The translations under genes were made by a program, and so were the position numbers. This document shows positions 25,137 through 37,040 of a DNA stretch of 64,000 nt, in pieces. Below the pieces are notes generated by a model. It saw nothing but the letters and a program-made list of their open reading frames with translations. It ran no database searches and was not told the origin of the DNA. Each line of letters opens with the position of its first letter. The stretch's first letter is position 1. Source of the stretch: Podarcis pityusensis (lineage: Eukaryota); NCBI GenBank assembly GCA_964106645.2, contig OZ067038.1. One strand, written 5' to 3'.

Positions 25137-25376
25137 GTTGTGTTCTGCATTTCTTGGGTAGTGACAACTGTTTAAATATAATTGAAGAACCATAATTGGA
25201 GTGCCTAAGACACAGGCCTAAGACTGAGGAGGATTACCAAAGAGTCTTTTGTATGGGTTTCTCACTATTATATTTTCATTATATGCTATATTGTTATATT
25301 TTGTATGTACACATTACCATGTCTGGATAATGGGTATAACATAGGGCTATTTGGAGGGCCCTGTATTTTTGCATGT

Positions 25377-26138
25377 TGTCAGAGCTGCTTCCAGATCCTA
25401 GCTCACAGAGGATCACGCTAGCCAGCGATCATTAAATAAAAGTCTTTATTGAGTTACAGTTTCCATTCTCAAGCTGCTGCGTGCAACTCTACGTCTCATG
25501 GTTAGATCGGCGAAGCTCCATCTGAGTCTCCGCCCCTTGTACACCAACTTAATATCCTAGCCTTGCTCCACCTTTTCCGCCTGACTGTTCTTCTCTGGGT
25601 CCCTCTGCCCCCCGGGGTCTCTTCCTTCCGGGATTCCTCTGACGCTGACGCTGACCCCCCTGACTCTTCTCCCTCCTTTCGGCGGGCTTTAGGACCTGGC
25701 TCCCTTTCCGGGCTGCCTACTGCGCCACCTTCCTGTGCATTTGAACTTGGCACGCGCGCCCAACCTTCCACCTTCCGTCTGACCGTTTCTTCGCTCCCTG
25801 ATGGAGGTGTGGCCACTCCTGACTCGTGCCCTCCCCCCTGTTGTGAGCTGCCAGCGCTTGATCCCTGGCGCCCTTCCTCCTCCCTGCTCTCTGGCGGTGA
25901 CGCTGGTCCTGATTTCCAACTGCTCCCCTCTGAGTCCCCTCTGGCTCTATCTTCCTGGGGTGTCCCCCTAGGCTCCCCCCTTGCCCTGGCCACTGGTGCT
26001 CCTTTCTGTGAATCTTCTGATTCACTGGAAAGACTCGGAGATCTCGGGTCGTCGTCATCACTCATCTTTTCTTCTGCCTCCTCTCCCTCGCTCTCTGTTT
26101 CCTCCCTTGCCCTTGCCTCTGCTCCTGAACCCCTGACA
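25377..26138 (-). mobile_element. Young solo LTR, copy 2 (762 bp)
   Basis: TGTCAG...CTGACA termini and its own perfect 5-bp TSD CATGT (25372-25376 / 26139-26143). Minus-strand AATAAA at 25445-25450. Differs from copy 1 by 11 substitutions and one 6-bp indel (manual alignment). Confidence 0.9.
25502..26065 (-). CDS. Hypothetical LTR-encoded protein, copy 2 (187 aa from the internal ATG)
   Basis: Same frame as copy 1. Differs only by A>V, R>K and an in-frame +SE insertion. Confidence 0.35.
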   Translation of the reverse strand: MSDDDDPRSPSLSSESEDSQKGAPVARARGEPRGTPQEDRARGDSEGSSWKSGPASPPESREEEGRQGSSAGSSQQGGGHESGVATPPSGSEETVRRKVEGWARVPSSNAQEGGAVGSPEREPGPKARRKEGEESGGSASASEESRKEETPGGRGTQRRTVRRKRWSKARILSWCTRGGDSDGASPI

Positions 26139-26807
26139 CATGTGTTTAACAAAATGGGAGAAAGGACAGCTGTCAGAACCAAATGCGTCTCTTCTCATCA
26201 GCTCCCTGACAGGCATTATATATAATGAGTGACCAGGCATTGTATATAATAAGTGACAGACACGTATCTTATTACACATAGGAAAACCAACAGCAGTGAA
26301 TGCATTTAGGTGAGGAAAGAATCACATTAACCAGTGACACATATTTGCAATTCTGTTGCTGGGTGCTTCAAAATGCCACCAAAAGAAGACACCTTGAACC
26401 CCAACACAGCAGTGTTACAGGTGTGTTGCCATTATTTGTCTAAAAATGCAGTCAGTCCAAATAATCAGACTGCATATTTACATCATCCAGCAGTCAGCAG
26501 CAGGGTGACTGGCTTGTTCAGAGAATCACATTCTGCCCATGCAGAATGGAAGACATTGTGCTTAAGGCTACATTTATTTTTCAGGAGTGCCAGAGCTGTA
26601 GGTTCAATTGTGCTCAGAAGCAGACTGGGGCTGGTTCATTTCTCTATCTGGTAAAGTCCATAGCACAGATCCCATACATTTGCATGTGTTTCCATAGAAT
26701 TCCTGTACCTTAGTTTGAGTTCCTCTGTTCATAACTTAACTTTCTCATCACCACATACCTACCTCTCAGCTTCCATTAACCTCTCCAACATGAGTGAATT
26801 TCACCAG

Positions 26808-27072
26808 CAGGGCCAGCCCTACTATTAGGCAGAGTCAGGCAGCCACCTCAAGTGGCAGAGCAGCAGTGGTGATGTGCTGGAGGGCAGAGCTGTGAGTACT
26901 ACATGGCCTGCCCTCCATTCCCTAGGCGAACCTGCTGCCCTCAGGTCTAGTGGAGGAGGCTGCCCCATCCCCAAAGAGTCAAACATCAGTCTAGTTGGCT
27001 TCAGTTCACAAAAGGGGAAGGACATAATTTTCTTCCTCACTTCAGGCAGGAAAATGTTTCAAGCCACTCCTG
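26808..27072. mobile_element. hAT-type MITE
   Basis: CAGGGCCAGCCC...GCCACTCCTG ends and a degenerate 8-bp TSD TTCACCAG / CTCACCAA. Confidence 0.6.
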
Positions 27073-27144
27073 CTCACCAAGTGTTAAGATTGGGGTTTAG
27101 ATGCCTTCCTAAGCGAAATGAGTGGAGACAGGGTGGGTACTCCC

Positions 27145-27408
27145 ATCTTTGAAATCCTCTTCCCAGGGAGGTTGACTTAAAATTATATTTGCCAGGTGAA
27201 AACCCTTTTATTGCCTGAAGCTTTTAGGTATTTGATGTGGTATTGTGGTTTTATTATCGCGTTTTAATCTATTGCTCTTCTGTGACTTATTCTGTGATGT
27301 CTTATTGTCTTAACAGTGGTTTTTATTATTTTACTGCAGGTTGCTCTGATAGCATTTTTTTGGAAGAGTGAAACAATAAGTACACCAAATAAATAAATAA
27401 ATAAATAA
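27145..27408 (+). mobile_element. L2-like LINE 3' end
   Basis: GCCAGGTGAAAACCCTTTTATT..., a T-rich UTR and an (AAAT)n tail. Confidence 0.5.
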
Positions 27409-28787
27409 AATTGAATTTTCTTCTTCCTCAGTAGTATGCTTTAAGTAGTCCAGTAGGTGCTATACCTGAGAGAGGAAAGTCAGGCATGTTGTTGTAGATA
27501 ACTACAGGGCAGCACTCCTAACCCCTGGCTGGGAACAGCAGAATGGAGTGAAGCATTTGGGTGGGTGTCTCTGGGGATCCATGGGGCTCAGATTCCCATT
27601 TTTCATTGCCCTGCTTCGAGGCTTTCCATTGGCAGCAGAAAATCCCTCCCTGTTGGCAGAAGGTAATCTCCACTTTATCCTAACTCCCTCAAGCAGCACA
27701 GGTCAGGCGGCTAGGACTGCACTGATACAAGAGGATTTCAGATTTGTTGGCGAGAGCTTCAGGGTTAATTCATATGCCACTCTGGTGCACTGCGATGTGT
27801 GTTACTGTTGTTATTGTGGTCATTCGATGCCTATTGAGGCAATGTGCTGTATCCCTTGCTTTAGGATAATCATTTGTTTCCACTGATATCCTTTAATTTG
27901 CATCCATTATTCTGTTTCCAAAGACAACATAATATGCCCTGTACCTCTCAGTATGTATTTTCCCCTCTTTTTTTCTTCTGCAACCCCCACTGCAAGGTTG
28001 ACATAAGCGCGTTCTTTTCTCTTTGCTGAGCGCATCTCTATGTAACTGAGATTGTGCCCCAGAATGCCATGCAATGTCACAACCTCTTCATTCTTCTTAT
28101 GCCCCTGAGTACTCACAAGGTCCATCTAATGAAGCTAAAGAATAGGCACAGGGGAACAAGTATGCCAGAAGAAGCACAAACATAGGTACTCATGTGCTGC
28201 TCCCTGCATTGGAGAAATCATCTGAATGGCCTGCCTAGTCTGCCTGCATGGCCAAGCTCCATTTGAATCACTGTGCTGTTCTTTCCAATGGGCACTTTGT
28301 TATTGTCTCTTTAATCTTCCTTCCACTTTCTTTTGCTTCTTCTTTCATTTCTACCTCTCAATCTGCTGTTCATTCACTGCCTGTCAAGACTCCCCACCCT
28401 CTCAGTTCTATGTTCTTTTAAAATGACAACAAACATCAGTGGCAATTCTTCCACTGCTGTGTCTGGCTTGTGTCTATTTTTAATGGTCTGTTGCATTTTA
28501 AGAAGCAAAGCCAACTAGGATGTGATGTTGAACAAAAGCAAAAAGCTGCAGAGGACCCTAAACCAAAAGCCAGGACACAAATGACCAGAGTGGAGCATTA
28601 ATATTAAATAATTTTGCTTCTGCCCATTACTCTCTAACCTTAGTCATTTTCTTCCACATTAGGGTAGCAAGATCTTGTATAATTATTATTTAGGTCAACA
28701 TTTCTTTTCTTCTGCGTTTGCATCAGAATAATAAGGCCTGTTTTTAGCACCTCCTTGTTCTGAAGCAGCATACATTATATCCTCTGA

Positions 28788-29065
28788 GAGTTAGATGTTG
28801 GGGAAAAACAAGAGGAGGAGGGTCTTGCCTTCATGTACTGCTTGTCAGCTTTCCAGGAACATCTGGTGGGCACCACTGAATGTTGGCTGAAATACGTCTT
28901 TCCTAGCCTGGTGCCCTCTTGATATTGTTGAAATCCAACTCTCATCAGCCCCAGCCAGTATGGCGAATGATCAAGGATGACGGAAGCTGTAGTCCCTTTG
29001 GAAGGCACCAGACTGGGGAATGCTAGTCTAGATAGACCACTGATCTGTTCAAGCAAGGCACTTTT
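28788..29065 (+). mobile_element. Old CR1-type 3' UTR fragment with a nested palindromic MITE (28894-29024)
   Basis: CR1-UTR-like ...TTCCAGGAACATCTGGTGGGCAC resumes as TGCTAGTCTAGATAGACCACTGATCTG after the MITE. Confidence 0.55.
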
Positions 29066-30066
29066 TGCAACAATTCCTCTTGAAACCAACAGGATGAGCT
29101 GAATGACTTTGTCCGCTATCATTTCTGCTTCAGTGAATACAGAGCAGATTAGGATGTAACATAAAGCCCAAGACTAAATTCTTGCCACATCATTATCAAA
29201 TAAGACAAATTATTATAATAAAGGAAAACATGCTGTTAGAAGATTGTATATGACATCACTTCCAGCCAATCAAGCAAAAGATCCTATTGCACAGAAAGCT
29301 CTAAAAGCCAGTTAGAAGATCACTGAGATGGGAAAGCAAATAGGCAAGGAAAACCTCGTGGACAGGCAAGGAGAGGTCCATTTATTATGCTGCGTGGCTG
29401 CAAGCTGGGTGACGACAGGAAGAGCCCCGGGTAGCACATTGAGAATTCACACAGTAACTTAGAGCAAGTAGCCATCTGCCATGATTTATGGCCTAACACA
29501 GCAGTGGGTGCAAATTACAGCTGTGCTGATACAGACAAAAATACGTCCTGGAAATGCAGATGAAGGTACCTAGAGCATCTCAGACTGGGAAATATACATT
29601 CTGCTGCCATGAAAATAATTGTCCAACTCCCATTAGGAACTGTTTTAGCTTCTTTGACACACAAACTACCTTTTGTTAATATTATTATTTTCCCCCTTCA
29701 GAAAATCCAGTTAAATCATTAAAAAAATCAAAATGTTACGGTTTATCCCTTATATGTCAGAAAAATATCTGCTTTAGTCAGCCATCCCAAGGTGTTAGCA
29801 TGCTACCCCTTTATTAACGTAGTCGCAAAATTACTCACTGTCTTGTGAGAATTTTGGCTTGTGAAGTAGAGCATACTGTTCCATGAGTGTGTAACTGTAG
29901 CAGGAGGGAGCATGGGGTTTAAGTCACCAGACATCACTGGCAGAGCTGTGAGTTGCCAGCTTTCCTTCTGAAAGGTGAATACTGCACTTTTATCAATGCT
30001 TTTTCCTCCTACAATCTAGGTTTGTTTTTTTTATCTTGCGAGAATGATTTGCTTCCCTTCTTGCCA

Positions 30067-30413
30067 GGAGTGGCGCTGTGGGTTAAACCACAGAGCCTAG
30101 GACTTGCCGATCAGAAGGTCGGTGGTTCGAATCCCCGCAACGGGGTGAGCTTCTGTTGCTCGGTCACTGCTCCTGCCAACCTAGCAGTTCGAAAGCACAA
30201 AAGTGCAAGTAGATAAATAGGTACCGCTCCGGTGGGAAGGTAAACAGCGTTTCCGTGTGCTGCTCTGGTTCGCCAGAAGTGGCTTAATCATGCTGGCCAC
30301 ATGACCCGGAAGGTGTACGCCAGCTCCCTCGGCCAATAAAGCGAGATGAGCGCCGCAACCCCAGAGTCGGCCACGACTGGACCTAATGGTCAGGGGTCCC
30401 TTTACCTTTACCT
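30067..30413 (+). mobile_element. Sauria SINE
   Basis: GTGGCGCTGTGGGTTAAACC head, GGTTCGAATCCCC B-box and GGGGTCCCTTTACCTTTACCT tail. Confidence 0.93.
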
Positions 30414-33400
30414 AAAAGGCCCTACTTTCTTGAGATGCTATAATTTGAGGCACCTACATCTAACTAAATTTACAGTGGTGATAATTAAAAGGAATTATTC
30501 CCAAACAGTGCCCCCCAAAGAAAAACCAAAAGGCACACTGACCCCACACACTGACTAGTGCACAAAACCAGAAGAATGAAGAGCTAAAGTTTTTCTTCAA
30601 TCATACCATTTCAAACTGGGGGGGGGGGGGGAGGTGTGTGCTTAAATGCTCTCTGATAAAAAAAAGTCTACCGCATAGAAAACTAGGACTGGTGATGCTG
30701 GTGCAGGTGCCAACTCACAAGTGATGAGTACTGTAAGTATCAAGCAACCGGCTTTTAGTGTAGCTGGTTGCTACCAACCAGTTTGTCAGTGATACATGGC
30801 CAGATTATAATAGTGCAGTTGGAGGGTCCATGCCTCCATGGGGGGGGGCAGACTCAGAGCTTTCTTTAAAAAGAAAAAGGAAATGTCTCTAGCTTTAATG
30901 GAAGGAAATTTATAAAGCAAATTGTGCAGGCAACCATCTAAAATGGTTTTTGAGAAAAGAGCCAGCTTGGCCACTCCCACTTTTCCAGTGTTTCAGCCAA
31001 TGAGTGAAGTCAGAGCTGTGATTAATGAGTGATTTGTTGCTATTGGAACTCCTGGGTCCTAAAGAACTGCTGTTTCTCCCCTTCCCATTCATGCACTTTT
31101 CTTTCCTGCTTCTGTTTCATTTTCTAGTTTTTGGAAAATCTGTAGTTAGTCTTTCCTTTCTTCCCTAGCAATGCACATTTCCTGTTGTGGGTTCCTCTGA
31201 GATAAAGTACTCCCTGTGTCATTTTTTGAAAATACCACTATACAGTGTGGGCTGATATGAAATAATCTCCTTCCCTGTAGAAGTCTTTTTTTAAAAAAGA
31301 AATGAAAGCTGGTTACTCTGCTTTCCCAGGTCTCTCACACCCAGTGGCTACAGGCCTAAGAGAACTCCCCAAAGGAATCAGTCATAGTACACAGTCCTCT
31401 GGGAATAAGCTCACTGGGAATAACACAAGTGGGAATTGTGCATCTAAAATATGCAATAACCAGGACAGATTAAGATTGGTTGAAGCCTTGTTGCTGCCCT
31501 TTTTGTGAAGAGAGGGCAGAAAAACTTGATCCTTTATAGTACAAAGATGCATCATTGTGGCTAAAGGGATAAAAAATGGATATTTATGATATGATTACCA
31601 AGTCTAAAATAGGCATGTGAAGTAGGCTGGGCTGAGAATTGCTGACTGATCCAAGGCAGGAAGTTAGTACAACCAATGAAGAATTAAGTGAGTTAAACAT
31701 GTGAAACTGCACATGCTCAGAGTATTTGTTTCTTTTATCAAGGATGGCAAAATGTTTTGCTTGAGTTTTGCTGAGAGTTGGGAAACTGCACATGCTTATG
31801 TAGTCCACAAAAGCTTATGCTGTAAAAAAAAGGGGGGGTGTGAGCCTTCAAAATACCACAAGACTTACTTACACCCTAGTTACACCTTTTGGGAGGAAAG
31901 GGGCTCACTATTTTGGGAACTAAACCAGGGTCCCCAACTACCTTAATTCACCTTTGATACTGTAATACAATATTCACGTCCTTGTTGCTTTCTTAACCTG
32001 GTCTGATGAATGTCCAGCACATAAGGCACCTTCCTCCTCCATTAGTTCCCCTTGTGGTAGGGATTCCTCTGAAAGACAGCAGGAGCTGACTTTGCTGACA
32101 CCTGTTAAGGATTCCCACTATGCCAGTTTAATTTCTAATGGACTGTTTTGACGGCACAGGCTGCAGCAATTCTGCCAAGTCAACTGATGTATAAGCACTG
32201 ATGAAGTTGGCCCTTAGTCTTGTGCTCTGGTTCCTAAGGAAAACACACAGAATTGACAAGGGGATAGACTAAACTATCTAATTGCATTTCCCATCTCAAG
32301 TTGCTATGCCTCTGCAACTTTTGCTACTGTTTTATGAACCATGGCTGATAGCCATATGCCTAAAGACATCTGAAGTGCATGCAAGAGGAATTCACTTTTC
32401 CTGTGTCTGCAGCAAGGAAGGCACATTGGCACCGTCAAGTGACAATAAATGCACAGGAACATTTGTTTTTAAAGTCTTAGCGCCCTTCACTTGATCTAGT
32501 GTGGAAATGCTTGCGTTTAAGACTCTTAAATCTCACAAGAGTAGAAACCAACAAAAACAACTTCAAGAAGTAGCAAGCAAGCATGCAATGCAAAAAAACA
32601 AAACAAAGGAAAATGAAGAAAAGACTTACTCATTGTGCCCAAGAAGGGTAAAGACAGGGCTTGCAGAAGATATTGCATTGAGTGTGGCAGACTGAGCCCT
32701 GCCTTCTCCACTACAGTCCAGCACTCTCTTTCCCCAACCTGCACAGTCCTTGCTGCACTCCCAGGATTTCTAGGGTCATCTCAGTGCTGTGCTCTGAAGA
32801 AGGAGTCCTTTCTCAGAAGAGACACTGTGGGTGTAGGCACTTGGTCTTACACTGCTTTGCTGCAATAGTGGCAAATATTGTCCACAGTCAGAGAGTGTGG
32901 ATGTGTAGACTTGTGTACTGGAGAGAACTATAGGAGCACCAATCGCCACTACAGATTCAACAGTATTTGCTTCAGCTGCCATGTTCCATGGCTAGCTGGT
33001 GGGCTGACAGCAGGGCAGCAGCACCAGGAAGTGGATGGTGGACTCAATCCAGGCCTCTCCCAACCTACCACCTGAGCCAGATGTCTCGTGGTGGCTCAAA
33101 ATAGCCTTAGTACAGAGCTGTTCTACAGGACTGAAGTCTAGAGTTGCTTCCACTTCAGGCTCTTTAACGCTCCTTAGGCAGTGTGCTCTTGCATGATTAG
33201 CAGAATACGTGGTTCCACATATAATCCCCTTTGCGAATACATAATGGCTGTATCCATGGCAAAGGCTAAACTGGCAAGTTATTACTGACCTAAGGTTGCA
33301 ACCTTGGAGTAAGAACCTAAATGTATGCATTCAGAAGCAAGCTGAATTTGAATAAAGCAAAGAAAGCAAGAAGTTAGACTAGTTGTGGGGTGGGGTGGGG

Positions 33401-34242
33401 GAAGCAATATTTGACATGATTAGGCTAGATGGACAATTTCTATGAGTCCATATCAGGTGGCTCTCTGCAACACAGCACATTTTTGCTCTGTTATCATTTA
33501 TGGTGTTTAACTGGAATAGCAGCTGATATTCCCAATCTAAACCAGCAGAGACAATCAGGCAGTTAGGCTGATTACAACAAGCATCTTCTCTCTCTTTGTA
33601 TCCAACTTTCATTTCTCCCTTCTCTGTGGTTGCTGCACACTAGCACAAAGGGACTGAAATGCAGCACTGATTTCAGCCTCCAGACCATAACAGCAGGACA
33701 AGGGCTAGTACTTATATGTGACCTGCCTCTGATTAACATCAAGTGGGTGCCTTCAGTAGCAAAATTCTGTCATCTTCAAAGTTTCCCCCTCCTTTCCCTT
33801 ATCCTCCTCATTAATTTTAATTTTTCCCCAGATTTCCTGTTGAAAATGAATTCTTAATGACTGCTGTTGCTGTTTTAAAATGTTTCAAATTCCCTCAATA
33901 ATGTTTCCTCCCAATCAAGCTTAAAATACATTCCTGATAAACAAAAAAATATGCCCAAAAATTTATGACATGTGATCTGTGTACCATTTTTCAAAGTCTA
34001 TTATCTATTTGTATATATTAAAATTATTTCTTTCCCCCTCGCCTTTTTAATATGATTTTGTTTGGCAACCAAAATGTTGATTGCTTAATTACTGTGGCAT
34101 TATTTTTTTATTTAGGCTTTGTTTAAATTATGATGTACATATAATAGCTATATAGATAACATGTTCCCCTCTCTCCTGGGCAGTGAGATGCCCAGAGGCA
34201 ATTCTACAGGGTTTAGTTTCCTTGTGTTAAGTGAGTGTTGCA

Positions 34243-34410
34243 ATGTGTAGTGTAGGGGTTAGAGTATTAAACTTTAGAGTATTAAAGTTTGGCCACTGCA
34301 TGAAAGCCACACACTAACTTACATCACAGGATTGTTGTCAGTAACCTAAATTTCTGTATGCCACCCTCAGCTCTACCGATGAAGTATAAGATACAAATGC
34401 AAATAATATC
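34243..34410 (+). mobile_element. Degraded MIR-like/Squam2-type SINE
   Basis: GTGTAGTGTAGGGGTTAGAGT head, CTAACTTACATCACAGGATTGTTGT core and TGTATGCCACCCTCAGCTC tail. Confidence 0.5.
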
Positions 34411-35766
34411 TGTTTATTTGTAATCTTTGTCTTCATAATATATTTTTGTTTACAAATATGCATCATTAGATGCAAGCTGACTCTGATAAGCAGGTAGCAC
34501 AACCACTAATCCTTCATGAGATTACAACTGGGTAGATACTTCCAGTTGCCTCCAGTTCAGCTAAATCCATAGTGCTCTCTCTCTCTGTGGGGTAAACTAA
34601 CTACATATTACAGCCAAATATATATAACAACCCCTGATTCACCACACCACCCCCTTCCATGCTGAAAATTTCAACCTCTTGAGATTGTTATTCGTTTTAC
34701 GCAAACTTGCTTGCAACGTTTTGTATGCCTTTCTGTTTCTGCCCAAATTCAAATTGCAAATGGTTGTCTAGTTGTCTCTCTGCCCCTTCCTCCCAAACCC
34801 AAATGGTGATCACATTCTGAAGCCTTAAAGCTATGATGGAAGTATCAGTGCTTCTGCTAATGTGCTGATAACCTATCTGGTTAGCCAGGCAAACCCATAA
34901 TCAAGACATTCTCTCTCACTGATTGAAGACCAGCAGTGTGGCTTCAGTAGAGTGTTTTCAGGACTTCCCTCTCTCTTCCATGTCACTTTGGTGCCTGGTG
35001 AACTACACTGTGGCCACAGCATTCCCTTCTGAATCTATCTCATATCTCATCTTAACATATCCAGCAACTTCCTCTTTCCCAGTCTTGCTCCATGGTTTGC
35101 CAATATTCATCCTTCTTTCCTGAGTAGCTAGTAGGTGGATAGGGGAAAGGGGGATCACTGAATGCTTCGGGATGAGGCCTGAGAGACTTCTGGGAAGAGA
35201 ATGCTACGGTGCATCTCAGCTGAAAAGAGGAATGCGGGGGGTGGGGGAGATTTTGTGCAAGGTAGCTTCCAAGCTAGTTCTTTCATCTGGAATTTGCACA
35301 CCTTATGCACTGGCTGTTTATGAAGCAGTCAGTTGATGCCACCAACTTGGGTTTTCTGAATGATCCTCCCACTTTGTTTCAGACCTGAGTTGTGGCCATT
35401 TTTCTGTCTCCTCACACAGTCTGCCAGTGTGGATGGCCAAAGTGCTACTGAGGCCCTAGGAAATTGGTGACACAGCTGGTAATACCCACCACTTTATGCT
35501 TGCATTGGAAATAGATTCACCTTACTTTTAAATAGTGTTTCAAGTAAGCAGTACCTCTGATTCTGAAGGCAGAAGTTGGCAGAAAAGACTGGCCTCAGCT
35601 ACTGTGAGTAAAAGTAAAAGGAGAAAGTACCTTACCTCTACAGCATTTGATCTAATCATAGCAATTATTTCTAAATACATGTAAACAAGCTCCTAGTTTA
35701 TCTTCCCCTTTGTGATGCATTTTCTTGTTTTTTTGTGATGCATGAGTGTGCCCTACTCTCTGTACA

Positions 35767-36123
35767 GGTAGTAAAGGTAAAGGGACCCCTGACCATTAGG
35801 TCCAGTCGTGACCGACTCTGGGGTTGCGGTGCTCATCTCGCTTTATTGGCCGAGGGAGCCGGCGTACAGCTTCCAGGTCATGTGGCCAGCATGATGAAGC
35901 CGCTTCTAGTGAACCAGAGCAGCGCATGGAAATGCTGTTTACCTTCCCGCTGGAGCGGTACCTATTTATCTACTTGCACTTTGATGTGCTTTCGAACTGC
36001 TAGGTTGGCAGGAGCTGGGACCGAGCAATGGGAGCTCACCCCGTCGCGGGGATTCGAACCGCCGACCTTCTGATCAGCAAGTTCTAGGCTCAGTGGTTTA
36101 ACCCACAGCGCCACCCGCGTCCC
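35767..36123 (-). mobile_element. Sauria SINE, full length
   Basis: Minus strand starts GGGACGCGGGTGGCGCTGTGGG and ends CCCTTTACCTTTAC. Flanked by a near-perfect direct repeat TC(T)GTACA. Confidence 0.94.
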
Positions 36124-36879
36124 TCGTACAAGAAATAGCTCTAACAAATAAGAAGCAAGCTCCAAAAGGCTGGCCTGGGCAAGCTATTTCAACTTTTGAT
36201 CTCTCAGGACATTTCCCACCTTGCCAAAACAAGCTGCAGCTCCCATGTATCACCAATACTGCATAACCCAGTGCTAATACTTGAAATTTCCAGGGTTATG
36301 TGTTTTCAGTGCAACTATGTCATTTTAAAAGGAGTGCTCCAGAAAACAGTATGTTCTACCATTAGTTCCAGCTTATGCAAATAACCTGCTTGTGTTTAAA
36401 ATTACTCAATTTTAATGCTCTACAGACCCGGAAGCTCCAAAATGAAATGAAACAAAACCAACTATTTGTCCTTGGGGCAGAGTATATCATGACACATGTA
36501 ATCTGCAAAACAGCAACATTAATTATTTTTCTGCCATCTTCCATTATATGCTGTGGTGATGGTTGGATTCACACATACTACCGGACAGACTCAACTGTTA
36601 GTTCAGTTCCCAGATTCTATGAATGTGAATGGCTGTGATGGAACAGTTACTGGCCTATCCTATGCTGCTAAGTAGAATTCTGTGCTATTGCCATCAGCCC
36701 AACACTCAATTGCCTTAGTAGATTATTTGAGATATTATTTGCTGATTTTACAGTGGCTAAAACCATTTAAGGTCAGTACATAAGATATTTTTTTTATTCT
36801 GCCCTTGCCCTACTCATGCCATCTCCTCCATCCATTTTTCCTGCTATGAAACAGTGTTATGGGTTGCTGCATCAGGAGG

Positions 36880-37040
36880 AGCTTTCTGCTCAACAGTGGA
36901 ACAGACTTCCTCGGAAGGTGGTGAACTCTCACTGGAAGTTCTTAAGCTGAGGTTGGATGGCCATCGGTCATTGATGAGATTCCTGGGTTGTAGGGTGTGG
37001 ACTAGATGACCCTCACAATCCCTTCGATCTCTACAGTATT
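36880..37040 (+). mobile_element. Degraded CR1 3' end
   Basis: CAGTGGAACAGACTTCCTCGGAAGGTGGTG...GGTTGGATGGCCATC...GGACTAGATGACCCT resembles the 3' end of CR1 ORF2 and its UTR. Confidence 0.75.

Noticed and set aside
24381-26138. Single TRIM / non-autonomous LTR element (LTR-240 bp-LTR) or a tandem duplication
   Set aside because: The outer flanks differ (GTTGT vs CATGT) while each LTR has its own TSD. There is no PBS in the spacer, and flanking host DNA is not duplicated.
25563-26225. 220-aa plus-strand ORF (and 24807-25175) as a gene
   Set aside because: It is the antisense shadow of the LTR ORF, sharing third codon positions. It is low complexity, and the long version starts at TTG rather than ATG.
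32526-33330. Cluster of overlapping short ORFs with a minus-strand donor at ~32629
   Set aside because: No recognisable protein similarity, stops in all long frames and no clear acceptor.
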